Assembly: GCA_012517255.1 (NCBI GenBank)
Contig: JAAYVH010000138.1
Location: forward strand, 54 to 64,053
Reading direction: 5' to 3'
DNA length: 64,000 bases
From: Chthonomonadales bacterium
Lineage (GTDB): Bacteria > Armatimonadota > Chthonomonadetes > Chthonomonadales > CAJBBX01
Shown here: positions 37,795 through 47,707 of the stretch, one piece after another
Numbering within the stretch: the first letter of the stretch is position 1
Layout of the letters: the number at the start of each line of letters is the position of its first letter
Made by a program: the position numbers and the translations under genes
The notes under the pieces: model-generated
Told to the model about the DNA's origin: nothing
Databases searched by the model: none
What the model saw: only the letters and a program-made list of their open reading frames with translations

Positions 37795-39990
37795 GTGGCT
37801 TCCCATGCCTCGCGCCGTCTGGCGCTCGACGCAATCTTTCGCTCCAAGGCCCTCGATGACAAGGGGCTTCGCGCTCCGCGTTGGTTGGCAGACAATCGGC
37901 GCATCGCGTATCTCGAGGAGTATCCGGGCTCGAAGCTGACTACCGCCTGGACCTATGACCTCTCGACACGCGAACGGAAGCCGATGCTGGACCCGCGTAC
38001 GCTGACCTACGTCAAGGACGGCAAGCGCAAGCGCCTTTCCATCAACGCCATCACGCTGTCGAAGAACGAGCGATACGTGATGCTCACCACCGAGGCTCCC
38101 GCCCGTTTCAAGCCGTGCGGCGATGTGTTTGTGTACGACCTGGAAGCAGGCGCGCTCCGCCGAATCACGCAATCCGAACGCCCCCAGTTTCATCCTGCGT
38201 TCTCTCCTGACGCCTCGAGGATCGGTCTGGTTCGTGATAACGATCTGTGGGTCGTCGACATCGCGACCGGCCAGGAGCTCAGGCTCACGCATAGCGGATC
38301 GGAGACGCTGTACAACGGTCGCTGCGGCTGGGTCTACGAAGAGGAGTTGGGACTGGCTCGATCATGGGAATGGTCGCCGAATGGCAAGGCGATCGCCTTC
38401 CTTCAGCAGGACGAGTCGCAGGTACCCGAGGTGCTCCTATCTCAGTACGATCAGCCACATGCCGATCCGCGGCGCACCCGCTACCCCAAGGCAGGCGATC
38501 CGAACCCGACCGTGCGGCTTGGCTTCCTTCAGCTCGACGGGAAGTCCATCACTACGACATGGGCCGATCTGTCCGACTGCGTGCCCTCGGAGGAGCATTA
38601 CCTTGCGCACCTTCAGTGGTTCCCGGACGGCTCGGGTCTGCTCGTCCAATACATTCCTCGCTTGCAGAACCGGCTGCTGCTGCTCAAGGTGGATCCGGTC
38701 ACGGCCCGAGCCGCAACGGTGATCGAGGAGTCCGATGAGCGATGGGTGGATCACCCGGGCAAACTCCACTTCGCTGAGGGTACCGACCGGTTCCTGTGGC
38801 CTTCGGAGCGTGACGGTTGGCGCCGGGCGTACGTCTACGCCCTTGACGGCACATGCTTCGGCCCCGTCACGCCTGCGGAGTGTGACATCGAGGAGATCCT
38901 CTGCGTGGACGGGCGCGCAGACTGCGCCTATGTCATCGCCGCGACGCCGGCGCCGACCGAGCGACGCAGCCTGCGCGTGCCGCTCCACGGCGGCGCCCCC
39001 GCGGAGCTGTGCGGCACGCCGGGTCGGCATGCCGCCATCTTCAGCGCCGATGCAGCCCACTTCATTCACGTGCACTCGTCGCTCAACATGCCGGCCACCG
39101 TCTCCCTGCGCGCCTCATCCGGCGAACTCCTCGACACCCTGGTCGCCGACGGATCGCCGAATCTGGAAGCCTACGGCATCGCCCGAGGAGCCACGCCTGC
39201 GTTCGATCCGGCGCATCCGGCGAACGGAGGGAACGGGTGGCAGTTGCTCACATTCCAGACGGCCGACGGCGAGACCCTGCACGGTCGGATACTGCTGCCC
39301 AGGCCCTTCGATCTCGCACGACGGTATCCAGCCCTGATGCACACCTACGGCGGTCCTGGCTCGCAGGTAGTTGTGAACGCATGGGGAGGCAAGGGCGCGC
39401 TCTGGTACCACTATCTGGCTGAGCGCGGCTACGTGATATTCCTCTGTGACAACAGAGGCACCGGCTCCCGGGGCAGTGCATTCAAGAAGATCACGTACCT
39501 GAGGTTGGGCGAGTGGGAGGTGCGCGACCAGATCGCGGGAGCGAGGTTCCTCGGCAGTCTGCCGTTCGTGGATCCCAAGCGCATCGCCATCTGGGGGTGG
39601 AGCTACGGAGGCTACATGGCATCCAGCCTGATCCTCAAGGGCGCCGAGGTGTTCCGAGCCGCCATAGCCGTTGCGCCTGTGACCGACTGGAAGCTCTATG
39701 ACACGATCTACACCGAGCGCTACATGCGCCGCCCGTGCGACAACGAGGACGGATATCGCGAGGGCTCGCCGGTCCACTTCGCCGAGCGACTCAAGGGCCG
39801 TTTTCTGCTGATCCATGGCACCATGGACGACAACGTCCACTTCCAGAATGCGGCCCGGCTCGCATCGGCGTTGCAGGACAAGGGCAAGCAGTTCGAGACC
39901 ATGTTCTATCCCGGCAAGCACCATGGCATCGAGGGCCGGCATCGGCACCTGTACCGGCTCATGACCGAGTGGCTGCGACGCGTGCTCTGA
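37795..39990 (+). CDS. Dipeptidyl-peptidase IV family serine peptidase (S9B)
   Basis: DPP-IV N-terminal propeller region (WSPNGKAIAFLQ), catalytic IWGWSYGGYMAS, HGTMDDNVHFQN and GKHHGI. Confidence 0.9.
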   Translation: MASHASRRLALDAIFRSKALDDKGLRAPRWLADNRRIAYLEEYPGSKLTTAWTYDLSTRERKPMLDPRTLTYVKDGKRKRLSINAITLSKNERYVMLTTEAPARFKPCGDVFVYDLEAGALRRITQSERPQFHPAFSPDASRIGLVRDNDLWVVDIATGQELRLTHSGSETLYNGRCGWVYEEELGLARSWEWSPNGKAIAFLQQDESQVPEVLLSQYDQPHADPRRTRYPKAGDPNPTVRLGFLQLDGKSITTTWADLSDCVPSEEHYLAHLQWFPDGSGLLVQYIPRLQNRLLLLKVDPVTARAATVIEESDERWVDHPGKLHFAEGTDRFLWPSERDGWRRAYVYALDGTCFGPVTPAECDIEEILCVDGRADCAYVIAATPAPTERRSLRVPLHGGAPAELCGTPGRHAAIFSADAAHFIHVHSSLNMPATVSLRASSGELLDTLVADGSPNLEAYGIARGATPAFDPAHPANGGNGWQLLTFQTADGETLHGRILLPRPFDLARRYPALMHTYGGPGSQVVVNAWGGKGALWYHYLAERGYVIFLCDNRGTGSRGSAFKKITYLRLGEWEVRDQIAGARFLGSLPFVDPKRIAIWGWSYGGYMASSLILKGAEVFRAAIAVAPVTDWKLYDTIYTERYMRRPCDNEDGYREGSPVHFAERLKGRFLLIHGTMDDNVHFQNAARLASALQDKGKQFETMFYPGKHHGIEGRHRHLYRLMTEWLRRVL

Positions 39991-40000
39991 GGGCCTGCTG

Positions 40001-41566
40001 TCAGCGGTACTTCACGTAGAACGCCAGCACAATGGCCGTGATGATAGCCCACCACAGGGCAGGGTTGCGCAGCCCGCGCATGCGCTCGCGCATCTCGGTT
40101 GGCAGGCGCAGGCTGTCGGGATTCCAGATCATCCCCACGAGCTCGGAGTCCGGCTTGGGCCTCGTGAAGAGGCTCACGATGGCGCATGCGGCCATGCATG
40201 CCCAGAAAGCGATGCCGGTGCGGTTCATGAACGGCATGCCAGGCAGCGCCCGTTCCAGAGCGATCGAGAGCGGTATGGTCAGCGCGCCGGCTGTCAGGGC
40301 GCCTGCATGCGTGGTGCGCCGCCAGAGGATGCCCAGCAGGAACATCGTGGCAATGCCTGGCGTGAAGTAGCCGTAGGCATTGAGCAGATAGATGAACACG
40401 GGCTTGTCGGAATGCGCGATGAGCGTCGCGGCCCAGATGACCCCGAACACCATGATCACGGCTCCCGCCATCTTGCCGAACAGGATGGCCTCACGGTCGG
40501 AGGCATCCTTGCGGAGGTAGCGCAGGTAGAAGTCCACCGTTGCGATGGTGGTGCAGGAGTTCACCGCGCCGGAGATATGCGACATGATCGCCGCGATGAG
40601 ACCGGCCATCACCAGCCCGACCAGCCCCACGGGCAACAGGTTGCGCACGAGGGTCGGAAACACCATGTCGCCTTTCTCGAGGTTCGGGTAGAGCTGCGGC
40701 GCGACGAGCCCCGGAACAATGATGAGCAGAGGCATGAGGAACTTGAGGTAGTCGGTGAATACCACGCCCATGCGGGCATGCCATTCGTCTTTGGCCGCCA
40801 GCGTGCGCTGGACGATGAACTGGTTGGCGGCGCAGTAGAAGATGCTGATGCACAGCACGCCGCCGAGGAACATCGTCCAGGGGAAGTCGGCATCGTTCGC
40901 CGGCAGCAGCAGATGCCATTCGGAGGAGGTGGCCATGACAGCATCCCATCCGCCAACCGCACGAATGGTGACGATGGATAGCGCAATCCCGCCTGCCAGC
41001 AGGACGCCTAGCTGAAGCATCTCCGTCCACACCACGGCCCGGAGGCCTCCGGCGATCGTGTAGATGCCCGTGAAGGCGGCCATGCCGATAATGCTCCACA
41101 GGATGGGCACGCCAAGCAGCGCGTGGATGGCGAGCGCGCCGAGATACAGCACGGCGCTGACTTCGACGAACACGTAGGTCAGCAGAATGAGGGCAGCGTA
41201 GGAACTCCGCGCGGCTGAACCAAAGCGCCGCTCGAGGAACTCCGGCATGGTGTAGAAGCCGTTGCGCAAATAGAACGGCAGAAACACCCACAGGAGAGCG
41301 TTGAAGCCGATGAGGATGGCGCCCCACTCGATGGTCATGGCGACGAATCCGCGTGTATATGCAACGCCCATCACCCCGACGAAGTGGTGACTGCTCACGT
41401 TCGCGGCGACGATACTGCCGCCAACCATCCACCAGGGCAGCTTGTCGCCGGCGAGGAAGTAGTCGCGCTTGGTTGAGGCGCCCCGGCGTGACGCAGCGTA
41501 GCCCAAGGCGATAACGATCGCGAAGTAAACGACAAAGATAGCGATGTCGACTCCGGCGATTTGCAT
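40001..41566 (-). CDS. Sodium:solute symporter (SSS family)
   Basis: ATG at 41566 gives MQIAGVDIAIFVVYFAIVIALGYAASRRG...DYFLAGDKLPWW, the typical SSS N-terminus. The track start at 41773 adds 69 Arg-rich codons. Confidence 0.85.
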   Translation of the reverse strand: MQIAGVDIAIFVVYFAIVIALGYAASRRGASTKRDYFLAGDKLPWWMVGGSIVAANVSSHHFVGVMGVAYTRGFVAMTIEWGAILIGFNALLWVFLPFYLRNGFYTMPEFLERRFGSAARSSYAALILLTYVFVEVSAVLYLGALAIHALLGVPILWSIIGMAAFTGIYTIAGGLRAVVWTEMLQLGVLLAGGIALSIVTIRAVGGWDAVMATSSEWHLLLPANDADFPWTMFLGGVLCISIFYCAANQFIVQRTLAAKDEWHARMGVVFTDYLKFLMPLLIIVPGLVAPQLYPNLEKGDMVFPTLVRNLLPVGLVGLVMAGLIAAIMSHISGAVNSCTTIATVDFYLRYLRKDASDREAILFGKMAGAVIMVFGVIWAATLIAHSDKPVFIYLLNAYGYFTPGIATMFLLGILWRRTTHAGALTAGALTIPLSIALERALPGMPFMNRTGIAFWACMAACAIVSLFTRPKPDSELVGMIWNPDSLRLPTEMRERMRGLRNPALWWAIITAIVLAFYVKYR

Positions 41567-41670
41567 GGCGTGCGGTGCCCCCACTTCTGATGGATAGGAT
41601 CCCTCGTCTAGAGAGTTCGCGGCAGGTTCGCCGGCGTCCTCGCGCCGCGAGCGTCGGCTTCGAGATCCGT

Positions 41671-41700
41671 TTGACACGTGTGGCCGAGGAGTATCAGAAT
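41671..41700 (+). promoter_or_regulatory. Candidate sigma70-like promoter (TTGACA, then CAGAAT after an 18-nt spacer)
   Basis: Perfect TTGACA at 41671-41676. A -10-like TATCAGAAT lies at 41692-41700, about 40 nt upstream of the GTG at 41742. Confidence 0.3.
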
Positions 41701-41741
41701 CTGGTCGTCGGTATCGGCCTCGTCGGCCGAAGGGAGGGCGT

Positions 41742-42623
41742 GTGAACACAAGACCGGGACGGGCTGCCAGCATCGCCTCATGGACCGTGGCGGCGCTGGT
41801 AACGCTCGGATCGCTGGCCTATCAAGATCGGACAGGACCCACGTACCCGCTGCGCGGTTCGGTGCAGACGGAAGCCGGGACCGTGACGTTCATCTGCATG
41901 CGGAGCCAGACCATCGGGCAGGGTCTTTCGGTGGCGATCACCGATCCCGTGCCCGACGGTCTTCGAGCCCAGGTGCGGTATCGTCGGTTCCGCTCGAAGG
42001 ACCCGTGGACGACTGTGCCGATGGAACGGGGCAGTTTCGCCATCGCCGGACGCGGCAGGTCGCGGACCGTGGCCGGCATCGGCGTCGCGCTTCCCAGCCT
42101 GAGGGAGCGTGCGGGCAAATACGAGTACTTCGTCGAGATAGCTCCGACAGCGGCAGCCCAGCCGTTCTCGATCACGGGCGAGCGGCCGATCTATGCTCGC
42201 TACAAGGCTCCTGTACCCGGCGCAGCGCTCGTGGCCCACATTGTGGCCATCTTCGTCTCCATGCTGGTTGCCATGCGCACGACCCTCGCGGGACTGTTGG
42301 GCCACGGCGTCCGACGCTACCTCTACGCCACCCTGGTCACGCTGCTGCTGGGCGGCTTCATCCTCGGTCCGCTCGTGCAGTGGTATGCCTTCGGCGTCTG
42401 GTGGTCCGGCTTCCCGTTCGGCTATGATTGGACGGACAACAAGGTGGTAGTCGGTCTGGCGTTCTGGCTGCTCGCGCTGTGGCGCAATCGAGGCCGGCGC
42501 GAATGCCGTTGGAGCGTCGTCCTCGCGGGTCTCGCAACGCTGGCCATCTACTTCATCCCCCACAGCGTGTTCGGATCGGAGTACAACTACATAACGGGCT
42601 CCGGGCACGGCACTGCGGGATGA
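41742..42623 (+). CDS. Hypothetical membrane protein
   Basis: 293-aa ORF with GTG start and GGGAGGG RBS. It has an N-terminal TM, a soluble domain of about 140 aa, then four hydrophobic segments. No family recognised. Confidence 0.6.
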   Translation: MNTRPGRAASIASWTVAALVTLGSLAYQDRTGPTYPLRGSVQTEAGTVTFICMRSQTIGQGLSVAITDPVPDGLRAQVRYRRFRSKDPWTTVPMERGSFAIAGRGRSRTVAGIGVALPSLRERAGKYEYFVEIAPTAAAQPFSITGERPIYARYKAPVPGAALVAHIVAIFVSMLVAMRTTLAGLLGHGVRRYLYATLVTLLLGGFILGPLVQWYAFGVWWSGFPFGYDWTDNKVVVGLAFWLLALWRNRGRRECRWSVVLAGLATLAIYFIPHSVFGSEYNYITGSGHGTAG

Positions 42624-42654
42624 GCCGCGCCGAGCGCCTGGGTACGATGATCGC

Positions 42655-44385
42655 ATGACAGAACCTACCATCACTCGTCGGGACCTCATTGCGGCGAGCA
42701 TGGCGGCAACCATTCACGTGCCCGCAGGCATTCCCATCGGACGGAAGGAGAACCCGATGCGCCCTAACATACTCTGGATTAGTTGCGAAGACATCAATCC
42801 CGACATTGGATGCTACGCGGGGGTCTACCCGGGCGCCGAGTATGCCCGCACGCCCAATCTGGATCGGCTTGCCGCCGAGGGAGCGCGGTTCGATCTGGCC
42901 TTTGCCGTGAGTCCCGTGTGCGCTCCGTGCCGATCGAGCATCATCACGGGCATGTATCCCACCTCCATCGGGACCATGCACATGCGCTCGCGCGGCGTGC
43001 CCCCGCCTGAGGTGCGCTGTTTCACCGAGTACCTCCGTGAGGCTGGTTACTATTGCACCAACAACGCCAAGACGGATTACAACTTCGAAGCGCCCATCAC
43101 CGCCTGGGACGAGAGCAGCAACCAGGCTCATTGGCGGAACCGTCCAAGCCCCGAAACGCCCTTCTTTGCGGTGTTCAACTTCCTCGTGACCCACGAGTCG
43201 CAGATCCGGGTGCCGGACGACGTGTACGAGCGGAACATGCGCGATGTGCCTCCGTCGGAGCGGCACGACCCGGCGAAAGCTCCCATCCCTCCCTACTATC
43301 CCGACACGCCTGCCGTGCGCAAGGACTGGGCGCGCTACAGCGACAACATCACGGCCATGGACAAGCAGGCCGCCGCCATCCTCCGGCAGCTCGAAGAGGA
43401 CGGCCTGGCGAAGAACACCGTCGTGTTCTTCTGGGGCGACCACGGAAGGGGATTGCCGCGTGCCAAGCGCTGGCCCTACGACAGCGGTCTTCGCGTTCCC
43501 CTGATCGTGCGCTGGCCGGGCAAGGTGGAGCCGGGAAGCGCGCGGCGCGATCTCGTGACCCTCATGGATCTGAGCGCGACCACGCTCAGCATCGCAGGGC
43601 TGCCCATCCCGAAGCATATGCAGGCGCGCCCCTTCTACACGAATGACGGCAAGGCCCCCGCCAGACCGCGGACGGTCGTGTTCGGCCATCGCGACCGTAT
43701 GGATGAGCAGTGCGATACCGTCCGCACGGTACGCGACGCGCGGTACCGGTACATCCGCAACCTGCACCCCGATCGCCCCTATGCCCAGCACAATGCCTAC
43801 GGCGAAGTCACCCCGACCATGCAGGAACTGCGCCGACTGCACGCCGAGGAAGCCGCAGCCGTCGGCCGAGGCGAAACCCCTCGGCTTCTCACTGCTGACC
43901 AGCGGCTGTTCATGGCTCCCGCTAAACCGCGCGAAGAGCTCTACGACCTCGAGAACGATCCGCACGAAGTGCGCAATCTCGCCAATGATCCGGCCCATGC
44001 ATCGGCGCTCAGGCGACTTCGTCGGGAGCTTGATCGATGGCAGCGCGAGTGCGGCGATCTCGGCCTCATGCCCGAGGAGGAGCTCATCGAACGGTTCAGG
44101 CCGGGAGGGCAATGGCAGGTCACCGCGCCGCCGATCGTGCGCCGTGACGAGCGGGGCCGGACCGTCGCGACCTGCCCGACGCCAGGCGCTTCGATCGCCT
44201 ATACGTTCGACGCGCCGACACAAGGAGGCGAGCCTCCCCGACCGCCTACCGGTGAGCCGACAAGTTCGCGGCGGTGGCATCTCTATGCCGGTCCGGTGCA
44301 GATCCCTCATGACGCTCGAGCGTGGTTCCGCGCCTGTCGGCTCGGCTATCGCGATAGCGCAGAGGTGGAAACGCCGGCAGGCTAA
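42655..44385 (+). CDS. Sulfatase (formylglycine-dependent, arylsulfatase A family) with TAT-like signal
   Basis: TRRDLIAASMAATI; C-x-P-x-R motif in VSPVCAPCRSSIITGMYP; GDHG and DLSATT motifs. Confidence 0.9.
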   Translation: MTEPTITRRDLIAASMAATIHVPAGIPIGRKENPMRPNILWISCEDINPDIGCYAGVYPGAEYARTPNLDRLAAEGARFDLAFAVSPVCAPCRSSIITGMYPTSIGTMHMRSRGVPPPEVRCFTEYLREAGYYCTNNAKTDYNFEAPITAWDESSNQAHWRNRPSPETPFFAVFNFLVTHESQIRVPDDVYERNMRDVPPSERHDPAKAPIPPYYPDTPAVRKDWARYSDNITAMDKQAAAILRQLEEDGLAKNTVVFFWGDHGRGLPRAKRWPYDSGLRVPLIVRWPGKVEPGSARRDLVTLMDLSATTLSIAGLPIPKHMQARPFYTNDGKAPARPRTVVFGHRDRMDEQCDTVRTVRDARYRYIRNLHPDRPYAQHNAYGEVTPTMQELRRLHAEEAAAVGRGETPRLLTADQRLFMAPAKPREELYDLENDPHEVRNLANDPAHASALRRLRRELDRWQRECGDLGLMPEEELIERFRPGGQWQVTAPPIVRRDERGRTVATCPTPGASIAYTFDAPTQGGEPPRPPTGEPTSSRRWHLYAGPVQIPHDARAWFRACRLGYRDSAEVETPAG

Positions 44386-44915
44386 GCCCGATCGAGGTCC
44401 ACGCCGGCGGCGCGCGCAACCGCCAACGCGAACGCGCGCGACTCCTCCTCCTGCGAACCCCGGGCCAGCTCAGCGGCAAGCTGATCGTCCCAGAAGACCC
44501 AGTCCGGCATGAAGTGCTCGTTCACCCAGTCGCCCATACCGAAGAACCTGCACAGGACCACCGTCTCGTCCGTCTTGAGCGCCACACTGACCGTGTAGAG
44601 GTCCAGCTCCTGATACACGGCCAGCGGCATGCTCTGAAGGGGATTCACGTCGGTCCAGTCGTAGACCACGCGGGCAATCGCGTCGAAGGGGATGCGGCGG
44701 ACGGATCGGAAGAGCCACGCTCGTCGGCTTGTGATGCGGATCATCTGCAGCCGGGGGTCCACGGTGACCGTGCGCAGATTCAGGCAGAGGGTGAACAGCG
44801 CGCCCTTGAGTGACGTTGCGGCGATGAGTCTGCCGTGCCGGACCGCCAGTTTCGGTCGCATGGCGAAGAGACGACCGACCACGAGGCGGACCAGGATGTT
44901 CGCTATAATGCCCAT
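44382..44915 (-). CDS. Hypothetical protein (177 aa)
   Basis: GC3-rich ORF with N-terminal hydrophobic segment MGIIANILVRLVVGRLF. Its stop overlaps the sulfatase stop (CTAA). No family recognised. Confidence 0.55.
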   Translation of the reverse strand: MGIIANILVRLVVGRLFAMRPKLAVRHGRLIAATSLKGALFTLCLNLRTVTVDPRLQMIRITSRRAWLFRSVRRIPFDAIARVVYDWTDVNPLQSMPLAVYQELDLYTVSVALKTDETVVLCRFFGMGDWVNEHFMPDWVFWDDQLAAELARGSQEEESRAFALAVARAAGVDLDRA

Positions 44916-44989
44916 GCATCAGAAGCTTACCACGGCAGCCTCGGAGCCGAGCTTCGCGTGGTTGCCTGCCGATCCGTGAGGATATACCC

Positions 44990-46903
44990 ATGAACCATAT
45001 AGTGGCGCTGCTTGCCATTACGCTGGCCTCTAGCGGCGCGCAGGCTCGACCATCGTCTCCGACTCGTCCAACTGCAACCGCACGTCCCGACACGATCGGA
45101 CGCGTTCGCTTTCCCGCCGATCCATCGGTGCTGGATGCGAAGCGCGACCTGGGCGCCAGAGGCGACGGCAAGACCGACGATACCGACGCACTCCAACGCG
45201 GCCTCGACGAGTGCCTGAACGATGGCCGATCGCGCGTCCTCTATCTGCCCAACGGCGTCTATCGCTTGACCCGTTCGCTGGTGCACAGGTATCCGTTGGG
45301 CCCGTGGATCTACGGCGAAAGCCGCGATGGCGTCGTGATCAAGCTCGATGACGGCGTCAAGGACTGCTCGGCCGTGCTCCGCACGCATCCTCGCGAGAAG
45401 GACCCGGGCTCGGCCGACTGGTTCATGCGCAATCTGCGCAACTTCACCGTGGACGTCGGCCACAACCCATCCACCGACGGCATCCGTTATTTCGCGACCA
45501 ACACGGGCATCCTCAAGAACGTCCGGGTGATCTGCAGGGGCCGTGTGGGCGTCGAATCGGGCTTCATGGGCATGAGCGGCCCGAACCTCATCCAGGACGT
45601 GACCATTGACGGCTTTGAGACCGGCATCAACAGCACGTGGATGTGGGGCCAGACGCTGAGCCGCATCACGATCCGCAACTGCCGCAAGGTCGGCGTCGTC
45701 GTGAACGGGCATGCTGTCGGGATCGAGGACCTCATCGTGGAGAACACCCCGCAGGCCATCCTCTGCGACATGAGCAACGATTGGTTCTGGTGGGCGGGGG
45801 TCATCGCACTGACGGGAGGTCGATTCACCAACGTCGGCGGCGGTGCGGCGCGTTCCGGGTCGGCTATCGTCAACAAGGGCGTCCTCTACCTGCGCAACGT
45901 AACGACGCGGGGCTTCGAGAAAGCCGTCAGCAGTGCGTCGCCCGGCGGCGATGCCGTGGGCCCCGATGTGCCCGAATACCTCTCGCACCCCGCGCGGTCC
46001 CTCTTCGATACGCCCGCGAAGGGGCTGAATCTGCCCATCAAGCCCGAGCCGGTCGTCCGGTGGGAGACGGATCCATCGAAGTGGGTATGCGCCAACGACT
46101 TTGGCGCGATGGCAGGGGACAACCAGGACGATACCGCCGCATTCCAGAAGGCCATAGATGCGGCGGCCAAGGCGGGCAAGACGACTGTGTACATGCGGGG
46201 CTGCGGCGGTCCTGACCCTAACTGGTACGAAGTTCGGGGCGAGGTCCGGGTGCATGGCAGCGTTCGCCACATCCTCGGATTGGGTTGGGGACGGATCATC
46301 GGCGGAGATAAGGCCGCCTTTGTCGTAACCGACGCCTCGGCGCCGGTGGTCAAGTTCCAGAACATCGACTCCTTCGGCGGCCCGACCGTCACGCTCGAGA
46401 ACCGCTCAACGATGCGCACCATGGTGGCGGAAAGCTGCGGCGTCACCATCGTCGGGTCCGGCCGGGGCGACATCTTCGCCACCGACTGCCCGGCGCGCGT
46501 GGACCTCCGCAGCCAGGGCCAGCGGATGTGGGCCCGGCATCTCAACCCCGAAGGCGACGACGACGTCGGCCTGGTACGGAACGCCGGTGCCGATCTGTGG
46601 ATATGCGGCGCCAAGAACGAGGGCAAGGGAGTCCGCTTCCGCACCAGCGACGGAGGACGCACCGAGGTCTTCGGGCTGTTCAACTACGGCCCGGGGAGCA
46701 TCGCGGCGGACGACATGCGCCCCATGTTCGACACCGTGGATGCCGCGGCATGCTTCATGGGGGTGCGCGAGATCGGTTCCGGCAACGTGTGGAACGTCAA
46801 GGCCCGCGAACGTCGCGGCGCCGAGACGCGTACGCTGTCCCTGCCAGAAGGCGAGCACGGCTGGATCGGCTGGAGCATGTACGGAGCCCGGCCTCGGCCA
46901 TGA
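44990..46903 (+). CDS. Secreted tandem right-handed beta-helix protein (pectate-lyase-3/GH55-like)
   Basis: Signal peptide MNHIVALLAITLASSGAQA. Two copies of the PF12708-type motif: DLGARGDGKTDDTDALQRGL and NDFGAMAGDNQDDTAAFQKAIDAA. Confidence 0.7.
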   Translation: MNHIVALLAITLASSGAQARPSSPTRPTATARPDTIGRVRFPADPSVLDAKRDLGARGDGKTDDTDALQRGLDECLNDGRSRVLYLPNGVYRLTRSLVHRYPLGPWIYGESRDGVVIKLDDGVKDCSAVLRTHPREKDPGSADWFMRNLRNFTVDVGHNPSTDGIRYFATNTGILKNVRVICRGRVGVESGFMGMSGPNLIQDVTIDGFETGINSTWMWGQTLSRITIRNCRKVGVVVNGHAVGIEDLIVENTPQAILCDMSNDWFWWAGVIALTGGRFTNVGGGAARSGSAIVNKGVLYLRNVTTRGFEKAVSSASPGGDAVGPDVPEYLSHPARSLFDTPAKGLNLPIKPEPVVRWETDPSKWVCANDFGAMAGDNQDDTAAFQKAIDAAAKAGKTTVYMRGCGGPDPNWYEVRGEVRVHGSVRHILGLGWGRIIGGDKAAFVVTDASAPVVKFQNIDSFGGPTVTLENRSTMRTMVAESCGVTIVGSGRGDIFATDCPARVDLRSQGQRMWARHLNPEGDDDVGLVRNAGADLWICGAKNEGKGVRFRTSDGGRTEVFGLFNYGPGSIAADDMRPMFDTVDAAACFMGVREIGSGNVWNVKARERRGAETRTLSLPEGEHGWIGWSMYGARPRP

Positions 46904-47160
46904 GAAGGGCTCCCGGCCTCGGGGATGCGGCAGCGATCCAGTACCAGTCCGGCGGGCTCAACTGCGCCTACACCGGCGTCTGCCAGTACGATCTCGCCAG
47001 CAACCTTCTGGGCGGCGCGGGAGGCTGGACCTACAACAGCAACAACCAGGTCACCCCCGTTCCGGCTACGGCCGGTATATCGGGGGCTGCGGGCCGGCCC
47101 GGCGCCAGCCAGCGGCCCGGGCCTCCTCCTCCGTGCGGAACCAGCGCTCGCCACGACTGA
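46900..47160 (+). other. Coding-like small ORF (86 aa), ATGA-coupled to the preceding stop; status uncertain
   Basis: The ATG at 46900 overlaps the TGA at 46901-46903. Codons 46900-47065 have about 85 percent G/C at position 3 by my count, against about 60 percent in the neighbouring frame. The last 95 nt overlap the convergent sunset-domain gene. Confidence 0.3.
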
Positions 47161-47452
47161 GATCGATTACGGTGATGTCGTAGTCGCGCATGCCGGGAGC
47201 GTGGTAGAGCCTCTCGCCAGTATCGACCGAGATGTTGCCCTTGATCGTGTAGCCAGGCGGCGGCAGGCTGGGCGTTTGCGGGCCGTCGTCCCGACTCGGT
47301 TCGTACCTCCTGCCCAAGCCGTACAGCCCCCCTGGCCGGAAGGCCACGGACACGGCGAGGATCACGAGCACGGCGGTCGCTCCGAGGACTCGTGGCCACC
47401 CGCTCGACGGTTGCCTCTCGCGGTGGCGAGAGCCCTTCAGTACGGTCGGCAT
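47066..47452 (-). CDS. Membrane-anchored sunset-domain protein
   Basis: ATG at 47452 gives MPTVLKGSRHRERQPSSGWPRVLGATAVLVILAVSVAF (a TM anchor). The C-terminus IKGNISVDTGERLYHAPGMRDYDITVIDLSRGERWFRTEEEARAAGWRRA matches the sunset-domain pattern. Confidence 0.7.
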   Translation of the reverse strand: MPTVLKGSRHRERQPSSGWPRVLGATAVLVILAVSVAFRPGGLYGLGRRYEPSRDDGPQTPSLPPPGYTIKGNISVDTGERLYHAPGMRDYDITVIDLSRGERWFRTEEEARAAGWRRAGPQPPIYRP

Positions 47453-47707
47453 ACCAATCTCCCTGTCTGCGGCATACGACGCTCCATTCAACATGACGGG
47501 GGCGCCCACATGTCTCCGACTGGCATTTCCCCGGTCTGTACCCGTAGCCTACGGGCGTCGGTACGCGTCTGGCCGACGGCCTGCTGTTCATTGACACGGC
47601 AAGCAGGGCGGCTTGCACCAGCCCGCGAATGCACTATGGATCAGAACCCCGTCAGGAGCCGTATTGGGGATAGAGCGCCGATGTGCACGGTTGGAGGCGA
47701 TGACGCG

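Noticed and set aside
46925-47707. N-terminal 260 codons of the 589-aa ORF 46925-48694.
   Set aside because: This part runs antisense through the sunset-domain gene and the intergenic region. CBM9-like homology begins only after the ATGs at 47636/47708.
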